Of a stretch of 18,112 nt of DNA, positions 1 through 7,814 are shown in pieces. This DNA comes from Zygophlyctis sp. KS116 (lineage: Eukaryota; Fungi; Chytridiomycota), in NCBI GenBank assembly GCA_054661495.1, contig BAAFSQ010000201.1, positions 1 through 18,112 on the forward strand, given 5' to 3'. The position numbers were made by a program, and so were the translations under genes. The notes beneath the pieces are model-generated. The model saw only the letters and a program-made list of their open reading frames with translations, searched no databases and was not told the DNA's origin. How positions within the stretch are numbered: the stretch's first letter is position 1; each line of letters starts with the position of its first letter.

Positions 1-183
1 GTAGATTTGCCTCGGACAACTTTCAGTGTAAATGAAACAAATAGAAATACCTGTGGGCAAATATCTGATGATATTTTAAATGGAAAATCCCGATACCCTT
101 TTTGATTTTGTCCGAACGGCGGATCTAGACCCTAGCCATTTGGATGTGAGGGTCAGGTCTGCGCGTTATTTTCTTCGTGACAA

Positions 184-997
184 ATGTTGAATTTAGTGAA
201 ATCTTGTATTTCTCAACGGTTAAAGGGTAGTTTTGTGAAATTTGACATCTAGGCTCCCTGTTAAGACCCGCTGGATACTATTCTACCCAACGCAAAGATC
301 CTAATCAAGTTGCAGAATCTATCATCTCCAAATTCCCTGGAGATTCAATGGCTGCAAAAGCTAGTTCTGCACTAGTAACTGGATCTATAGCTGCATGGCT
401 GATTTCTAATGAAATTTATATCTTGGATGGGGAAATATTTGAAATGGCTTGTTTTTTTGGTGCGTACGCAATTTGGTATGTCAATGGGAAAAACTCTGCT
501 ATTGAGTATTTTAATGATCGTAAATCGGTAAATGAAAATATCTAATCACAGACTATGAAAAATATTCTTGAAAATGCTAGAAAAGAACACAAGGAAGTGG
601 TTGAGGAAAAAATTAATCATATTTCAAAGGTTGATGAATTGGTTGGTGTTACTACCCATTTATATGGAATGGCAAAGGTATTTTCTTGAATTTTAAAAGG
701 TAGGAAATGGCTCAAATGGAGGCTAAAATTTATGAATTGCAACAAAAGGTTGCTTTTACTGGTGAAATAAAATCTACTTTGGACGCATGGGTTAGACATG
801 AGACCAATGTTCGTGATCAAGAACAGAAACGGCTTGTTGGACAAATCATTGAAAAGGTCAAGACGCAGCTCCAAGATCCAAAAGTGGTAAGTTTATCTCA
901 TATAAAGTTTTAGCAACAAGCTATTTTGGCTCAAAGTATTGCTGATGTTGAAAGTATGGTTTTTAAATTTTAACTTTTAGAAATCACTGCAAAATAA
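184..997 (+). CDS. ATP4: Mitochondrial F1Fo ATP synthase subunit b (subunit 4); 5 introns: 227-252, 528-551, 678-703, 887-913, 954-980
   Basis: Spliced frame reads MLNLVKSCISQRLKGSLLRPAGYYSTQRKDPNQVAESIISKFPGDS...ISNEIYIL...EIKSTLDAWVRHETNVRDQEQKRL...QAILAQSIADVEKITAK*. It has a presequence-like N-terminus plus the ISNE(I/L)Y and KxxLDxWVRxE motifs of fungal Atp4. All introns are GT-AG, 24-27 nt. Confidence 0.92.
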
Positions 998-1018
998 GTG
1001 TCATAATAAATGGAGTGA

Positions 1019-1964
1019 TTAATTAATTTTCAAGCATTTTTGACTAAATTGAGACTCTAGGTATTCAATATTTTCTGAATCGATCTTTGAACACCAGAAA
1101 AGAAATTCTTGTCTGTCCAACTGAAGAGCATGTTTCGGATAAACCTTCCTCATCATGTCTGGATTCAACAAATCAGATAATAAAATCAGAATACTAGATC
1201 TAATCTGAATATTCTCATCATATAATCTTTTCAAAAGACTCATTCCATCGTATTCTTCAAAAAACCGTGATCCCAGGCCTCTTACCAGACTAGCCAAAGC
1301 AAAAAACGATTTTTTAATCAATCTTTTGTCTTGATTATTAGAAAAAAGTATCACAACCAGACTTTGAATAGTGTCAGTCTTTAAAACATTATCAATAGCT
1401 TTGGGATTATTCTTATATAAGAAAATCTAATTTACCGAAACAGAGTTCCCAATGATTGAAACAACTTCTTGCTTGATTAAATGCGATTCATGATCTAAAA
1501 GAGACAAGACTTTTAGAAATCCTTCCTGATGACCAGTGAGTTCTTGTCCAATATCTATATCATGAACAATCTCTGAATTAGTAGAAATAAAATACTTCGG
1601 ATAAAAATTCCAAGTTTTTCAATAAAGAAACTGGATCATCTAGATCATCCAAGAGCTGCATTAAAGATTTCTTTTCCTGGACTGTTAGAGACGAATGTTC
1701 CATTGGCAATTCAGAAATTTTGACAGCAGGTACATTAATTATATCTTTTCCTTTAGACTTTTCCATCAATTTTCCCTCCTTTAGTCCAGACTCCAAATCC
1801 ATCCGCAGATGCAGTCCGGGAGGAACAAATTGTTCAGGATGTATTATTTGAAATTCATTTGACGGAATAAACATTTTTGGAAAGCAAAAGGTTCCATTTG
1901 TTGAATTTTTACAAATCTCTTCTTGTGCAAAGGCCAATGAGAAGAGTGCCACCGCCAAAATCAT
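1019..1964 (-). CDS. SIL1: SIL1-like ER nucleotide exchange factor for BiP/Kar2; introns 1571-1595 and 1412-1435
   Basis: Signal peptide MILAVALFSLAFAQ starts at ATG 1964. It carries the SIL1 N-terminal motif CFPKMFIPSNEFQII..QFVPPGLHLRMDLESGLKEGKL and the armadillo-region motifs VHDIDIG, IIGNSVSNNPKA and FFALASLVRG. Confidence 0.88.
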
Positions 1965-2045
1965 CCGTTTTGATTCAAGGTTCAGGTCAACTGCATGTAA
2001 ACCTTGCTGTACGTCATCTTGACTGTTAGGAAGATTCTCAGCATC
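1965..2045. promoter_or_regulatory. Probable bidirectional promoter between SIL1 and the carrier gene (81 bp)
   Basis: Short spacer between head-to-head start codons (positional inference only). Confidence 0.55.
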
Positions 2046-3066
2046 ATGTCCGAACTTTCCCATTCACTACCAGAAAAAGCCAAGTCTTACCATTCTGATT
2101 TCATAGCAGGTATATTTGGAGGTATGTACATTTTTTAAATATTATTAGGGTAATTGTTGTATGAATAATTAAAAGATGCGCAGGTGTCTTGGCTGGTCAT
2201 CCATTTGATACAGTAAAAGTAAGGCTACAGGCTGAGAAATCAATATATAAGGGAGGATGGCATGCATTTACTAGTATAGTTCGTGAAGAAAAGGTTAGAT
2301 TAAGCATAGTTATTGTTAGATCCGAGGTCTATACAAAGGTCTAGCTTCGCCATTCGTTGGAGTCGCAGTCATAAACTCACTCTTATTTGGGGTTTATGGA
2401 TGGACTTTGGATCGAGCTTCAGTCGATGGAGAAATAACTATTCCGGGGTAGTTTAGTAGTTGTAATTTAAGGGTGTTTTTTGCCGGGGCATTTTCAGGTC
2501 TAATCAATTCATTTTTAAGTTGTCCGATAGAATTACTTAAAATTAGACTGCAAAATCAAGCCAAAGAGAAATTGTATACTGGAAATATCGATCTAATCAA
2601 GAAAATATGGGATAGAAATGGATGGAAGGGCTTTTATAAAGGACTGGGAATAACTATTATCAGGGAAACACCTTCTTATGGGGTATATTTTGCATCATAC
2701 GAATTGCTAACAAATTCAATTGGAAGTGACTCTTCAACGGCTCTATTAATAGCTGGAGGCCTTGCGGGCGTAAGTTTCATTAAATAATAATCTAGGTTTT
2801 TGGTTGGACAATAACATACCCGGCTGATTGTCTCAAAACAAGGATCCAATCAGGTAAATACACCTGTCAATCTCAATCTAGTTCAAAATGAACATAACCG
2901 AAACTATGACGGGGTTTTTCGCCCGTTTAGAACAATATATAAGTCAGAAGGGCTTAGACCTTTTTTTAGAGGATTGGGAGCGACTGCATTTAGAGCTTTT
3001 CCTACCAATGCTTGCACATTTTATACCGTTGTACTTGTCAAAAATTATCTGGATGGAAATATGTAA
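2046..3066 (+). CDS. SLC25 mitochondrial carrier, amino-acid/carnitine type (SLC25A29/45/48- or YMC-like); introns 2122-2148, 2150-2175, 2294-2319, 2448-2471, 2770-2795, 2854-2881
   Basis: Three carrier signature motifs: GHPFDTVKVRLQ, CPIELLKIRLQ, YPADCLKTRIQ. H4 'RETPSYGVYF' and H6 'RAFPTNA' are typical of amino-acid-type carriers. The model requires a 1-nt exon at 2149. Confidence 0.92.
2149..2149 (+). other. 1-nt micro-exon (G) in the mitochondrial carrier gene
   Basis: ...TTT GGA G|gtatg..tattag|G|gtaat..taaaag|A TGC GCA GGT. Codon GGA = 2121+2149+2176 restores DFIAGIFGGCAGVLAGHPFD. Confidence 0.85.
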
Positions 3067-3133
3067 AGTAAAAATTAAATAATAGTTTTCCCATAAAAAT
3101 ACGAAATCATCCCATTTCTTTATAAATGTCTAC

Positions 3134-4735
3134 TCACAACTGTAATAAGGACCTAATATTCTCAAGAAATAATTCTTGGAATGAATCATTTGAAAATCGT
3201 TCGGTCACATGCATTCGTGCGGTTTTTTGAATTTCAATCCTTTTTTTCGTATCCATACTCAGAATTTGATGAATACTATGCACATATTCATCTTGAGAAC
3301 TGGCCAAAAATCCTGATATTAAAGAAAGGATTTTACCTGTTATTTCTCCATCAATTGGTACAACAATATCCATTAAAGGCCCTCCTGAATAATTGGCTAC
3401 AGGAACCAATCCAGCTGCCATATATTCGACAATTCCTATTCCGAAATGTTCATTAACCATAGCATGCAGCCCAATCATTGCTTTAGAATAATAGTCGATT
3501 AGAACTTTATGATCTGCATTACAAATGATTTCAGTTTTATCCTATCGCATAAACTTATATGTTTTACTCGTAAGTTGTAATGATCAATAGATCTTCTTAA
3601 ATCTTCCACAAGCTGTTCGTCTTGCTGATTACGCGTTCCGCCTACAAAAACTAACTTGGCATTAATACCAGGATATTTTAACAACAGCTTCTGAAATACT
3701 TCTAACTGAAACTTGTGATTTTTTTCTGGCCTTCAACATTAAGCTTATAAACCTTACCTAAATTGTGCTACAGAGAGTATGATCTTTTCCCTAGATCCCA
3801 AAAGAATCTTTTGTAAAACTTTTGTATCACAAGGAGGATAAGCTAAAATTGCACGATCAGTCCACCAGATATGCTCTATATGCTGTTTTGTCCAAGTTGA
3901 ATTAGCCTAACCGTTGAAATTCATCTCTTACCATAATACATGTGACACAAAACCCCGCGCATCCATAAATAAAAGCAAAGACTCGGTAATACCTACAATT
4001 AGAGGTGATTCGTACAAGAGTTTTATCTGAGTGAAAATAACGCTTTTACTGATCCATGACTGATTATTATAATCTGCCACCCGATTATTAATTTTTTGCA
4101 ACATATCTCTACTAATTGTAGGATAATGCACATAGGCTATAATTTTTGCCTTATAGATCCCATATACTATCGGATATATAAAAGCAAACCCTGTCGTGTC
4201 TTTGAATTAATTCAGACAAATCACCTATAAATAGATCTGGAATAAGAAAGAACATGCATTCTAATCCAGTAATCATTGAGCCCAGCGATTGAGTCAAAAG
4301 TGTCATAAACCAATATCTTTTAGATTCTAAAAACCTCCAACTCTTCAGTCGCAATAGATTAATTCTTTCAGGATCAATCGCTACATTAAATTGAGTCTAG
4401 AGAATTATGATCTGAACATATGTACATTGACTCGCTTGACCAACTCTTCCTTTAGCGGCACACTATCAGACACATACAAAACAATCTGAACAGCCATTTT
4501 TGCTTCTAGTACTCCCTGAATTGCAGTCCAAAGCACCCTCTCTCCACCACCACCTATCATAATATAAGGAAATTGAAATCATACCACCATCACAGAATGG
4601 ATGAAAGAATGCAATTACCGGCCGTCGTTTGGACAATTTCAGGTTTTTCCGTTGAAAAGCTTTTAGTCTGGGTAATAAAAAGAACCAAAGAAATGGGAAG
4701 AGACTGAACCATGCAATAGCAAAGTTTAAACTCAT
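3134..4735 (-). CDS. ALG11: GDP-Man:Man3GlcNAc2-PP-Dol alpha-1,2-mannosyltransferase (GT4); introns 4554-4584, 4397-4425, 4200-4224, 3993-4015, 3907-3931, 3731-3757, 3542-3567, 3313-3336
   Basis: After splicing it shows [51 protein letters not shown] and [15 protein letters not shown], plus an N-terminal TM segment. Confidence 0.96.
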
Positions 4736-4842
4736 GATATAGAGGAGATTCGATGCCAGATCTTGATGAGCTCGATTAAGTAAGCTCTGGGGTTAAATTG
4801 TCGGACGAAACTTGGATTTAATTATTTCTGGCCATTCCTTAA
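4736..4842. promoter_or_regulatory. Probable bidirectional promoter between ALG11 and GT32 (107 bp)
   Basis: Head-to-head spacer; contains TCGGAC at 4801-4806. Confidence 0.55.
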
Positions 4843-5961
4843 ATGCTAATAAAAGGGAAAAAAGTATTGAAACTTTTGTGTCTATTCTTTTCATACATAT
4901 TATTCTTTTCCTTTTATAATATTATGAAAAGGACGGACAAAAGTATTACTAGTCCGAAAGTAAAAAGTTCTCATTTGAGAGTCCATTTCAAGAGTCTAAA
5001 GACATTGGAGCTGATCAATGATCAAGTAAGAAGAATAAATGGATCAATTACATTTCAATTGGCACTAATAGCATCAATATCAGATAGAGTTATCAAAGGT
5101 ACTAAAATTCCAGCAATAATTCATCAATCATGGAAGACTAAAGATATTAAGCATGGCATGTCAAGACTAGGATCATTAGTATGGAAAAGCCGTGCAAAAA
5201 AAGTCTTTTATTTACTATGGGATGATGATGATATTGCACATTTTATTCAAACGCTTTATCCCAGTCTTAACCCATTGTTTCAGAAATTACCAGCCATTTT
5301 AAAAGCAGATTTATTCCGTTATCTTGTAGTTTATGATTTTGGCGGAATATATTCGGACATTGATACAATTCCATTGAAGCCCTTGGAAAGTTGGATGAGA
5401 CCTTTAGAAAGCTGGAAAATATCGTATACTCCACAAGTCTCATCAAAAGACTTAAAATATGACCGGCATGATCATTTCAGTTGGAAATCTGACAAAAAGG
5501 AACATGATATAGCATTTATTGTTGGTTTAGAAACGGATCTTGCCAAAAATTGTACAGATAAAAATATACTTGAAAATTGGGCTTATCCACTTCAACTTTG
5601 TCAATGGACTTTTGCATCAGCTCCAGGATATACAGTACTTGCAAAGATAATCAATTCAATAATTAAATGCACAAAGGGCAAAACTATCAAACAGCTATCA
5701 AAGTTGAACGTGATTGATACTACTGTCCCAGGAGCATGGACTAGAGCCATTTATGAATCATGGAAGGAATTTGGATTTGATCCCAATGACCTAAGAGAAT
5801 TTGGATCGTCTCCGAGAACCATTAAAGATCAGTTAATACTTCCCCTGACTGCATTTAATCCAGGAATGTCCTGGAAGGGAATCGGAAAGATGGGATCAAT
5901 GCCTGAAAATCATCCAAACTCTCTCGTAAAGCATCTTTATCTTGGGAGTTGGAAAACTTGA
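4843..5961 (+). CDS. Intronless GT32 (OCH1/HOC1/SUR1-like) DxD glycosyltransferase, type II membrane protein
   Basis: 372-aa uninterrupted ORF with an N-terminal TM and motifs IPAIIHQSWK, KADLFRYLVVYDFGGIYSDIDT, QLCQWTFASAPG and HLYLGSWK. Confidence 0.9.
   Translation: MLIKGKKVLKLLCLFFSYILFFSFYNIMKRTDKSITSPKVKSSHLRVHFKSLKTLELINDQVRRINGSITFQLALIASISDRVIKGTKIPAIIHQSWKTKDIKHGMSRLGSLVWKSRAKKVFYLLWDDDDIAHFIQTLYPSLNPLFQKLPAILKADLFRYLVVYDFGGIYSDIDTIPLKPLESWMRPLESWKISYTPQVSSKDLKYDRHDHFSWKSDKKEHDIAFIVGLETDLAKNCTDKNILENWAYPLQLCQWTFASAPGYTVLAKIINSIIKCTKGKTIKQLSKLNVIDTTVPGAWTRAIYESWKEFGFDPNDLREFGSSPRTIKDQLILPLTAFNPGMSWKGIGKMGSMPENHPNSLVKHLYLGSWKT
5377..5418 (+). repeat. Imperfect 21-nt tandem duplication in the GT32 CDS (KPLESWM / RPLESWK)
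   Basis: aagcccttggaaagttggatg followed by agacctttagaaagctggaaa. Confidence 0.7.
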
Positions 5962-5974
5962 CCTAAACAATTAA

Positions 5975-6540
5975 ATGTCATTTTCTGGTAACATTTTATC
6001 TCTAATCCTAGGAAATCTATTAGATTTTAAGCAACAAACTGCTGAAGAGAAATATGGAGCACCTGAAAATTTCTTGGAAATTGAAGTTGTGAATCCCAAA
6101 ATCCAAAATGAATTAACTAGCCAAAAATATGTAGATTATGAAATCATTTGCAGAGTAACTTTTCAGAATCTAAATTTCAGACAAATCTTCCAACATTTAA
6201 ACTCAGCGAATCTACAGTTAGGCGCAGATATTCAGATTTTGAATGGCTAAGGGATGTTTTAGAAAGAGAAAGCAATCGGTATGTTTCCAGCAATTAACAA
6301 AAGAGCTACTATTCCGACTTTGCCTGGTAAAGTATTTACAAACAGGTATATTTCAAGGAAATTAAATTTAGATTTACAGATGAAGTCATTGAAACACGCC
6401 GAGCTGGACTAGAAAGATTTATGCAGATTGTTGCTGGACATCCATTGATTCAAACTGGAAGTAAGGTATTGGGCCCCTTTATTCAAGGTAAATATAAAAG
6501 TTTAAAATTAGATCCTAATTTCATTCGGGAGCGTTATTGA
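5975..6540 (+). CDS. SNX3: Sorting nexin 3 (PX domain); introns 5988-6011, 6155-6180, 6279-6303, 6346-6371, 6488-6511
   Basis: [51 protein letters not shown] and [19 protein letters not shown] match fungal Snx3/Grd19. Confidence 0.96.
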
Positions 6541-6575
6541 GTTTGTAGAATTATACGACGTCAGTCAGACTTAAA

Positions 6576-7808
6576 ATGTCCGAAAGGTTTGAATCAATAC
6601 AAGAAGATGCTATTGTAGAGTCCAATATGATACAATCCCTGTCCAATTTACTTCCTTCTCCAAAATGTCAAGCTTACATTGCTATTTTTGAGGATGCATT
6701 GGACCAACTAGCAGTACTTGGGGACATAACTCCAGAAATTCACCACAAGAATGGAGAAAAAATGTTGGCTGATAATATTAATATAATACTTAAAAATCAG
6801 CGGAATCTAGAAGATCATTATTCAGCTGTTGTTCAGGAACAGGATTCTTTAAAAGCGCTGCCCAACAAGTCCTTGTTTAAACAGGGACAAATGGAACTGT
6901 TTAATCTTAATAATGGAATACAATCTTCAACTCAAGCTTTGGCTAAAAGGCTCAAATCACATCCCAGTGTAGTTCAAAATCTTTTAAAAATTCAGCAAGA
7001 AAGAAACTCCCTTCAAACTCTTATCAGCAAAACTATTCGTGACTTGCGGGAATCTCGCTTTGATACACTGATCAATGCAGTTGAAGAAGAATACAAGAAG
7101 AAAAATACTCTTCAGAATACTATAAATAAGGAAAATGAAGCTTATGAACTCTTGAAAGAATTGCAGATGGAATTGGCAAATGAGAAGAAATTACTTGAAG
7201 ATGAATCAAATGATCGCAATCAAGTTACTCAACAGCTGAAAGATACGATTCAGGAGATAAATGCATTAACAGTATCAGAACAAAAGTACATTAAGAAGGA
7301 GATCAAAGCCCATGAAAATAGTATCAGACAACAATGTCAGACAAAGGAAAATAATCTGATCGATATGAAATCCAATCTTCAAAAGAAAATTGAAGTAGAA
7401 ACTAGAGTGCATGAAAAAACAATTGATTTCCTTAGTAGACAAAGAGAGACTCTGGAAAATTCAATTCAGGATTGGATGACACGATATGAAGAAGATACTG
7501 AAAGAAAAGCCAATGAGTTGGAAGCTTTAAGACAAAACAGAACAAACGATTTGGATCGGTTTGAAGAGCTTATGATTCAATTCGAGGAATTGCAGAAAGT
7601 TGTTGAAGAAGATCGCCTGAACAAGGAACGAATAGAGAAAGAACAACAATTGTTAAATAAACTGAATAAAGCTGCAAAAATTATTCAAAGGATCTGGCGG
7701 GCATATTTTAAAAAGCGAAAAGAATCTCAGGTAAATAATTTCTAAAAAAATAATTTCAAGGCTTCCAAGAAAGCTAGCAAAAAATCGGCAAAGGGAAAGA
7801 AGAAGTAG
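6576..7808 (+). CDS. DRC9: Dynein regulatory complex subunit 9 / IQCG-like coiled-coil IQ protein; one intron 7731-7760
   Basis: Long coiled coil containing WMTRYEEDTERKANELEAL..DL...VVEEDR (IQCG-like), an IQ motif AAKIIQRIWRAY and a Lys-rich tail ASKKASKKSAKGKKK*. The paralogue DRC10/IQCD fits less well. Confidence 0.8.
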
Positions 7809-7814
7809 ATGAAT

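Noticed and set aside
1-140. Possible 5' end of a minus-strand gene diverging from ATP4 (intron-like segments near 20-50 and 65-96)
   Set aside because: Intron-like signals are present, but no unambiguous start codon or recognisable peptide can be assigned within the window.
1965-2063. N-terminal extension of SIL1 from ATG 2063 in the ORF track
   Set aside because: It overlaps the carrier gene start and would bury the signal peptide that begins at ATG 1964.
4839-5974. piggyBac-type element around GT32 suggested by flanking TTAA
   Set aside because: No terminal inverted repeats or transposase are present, and TTAA is very frequent in this AT-rich DNA.
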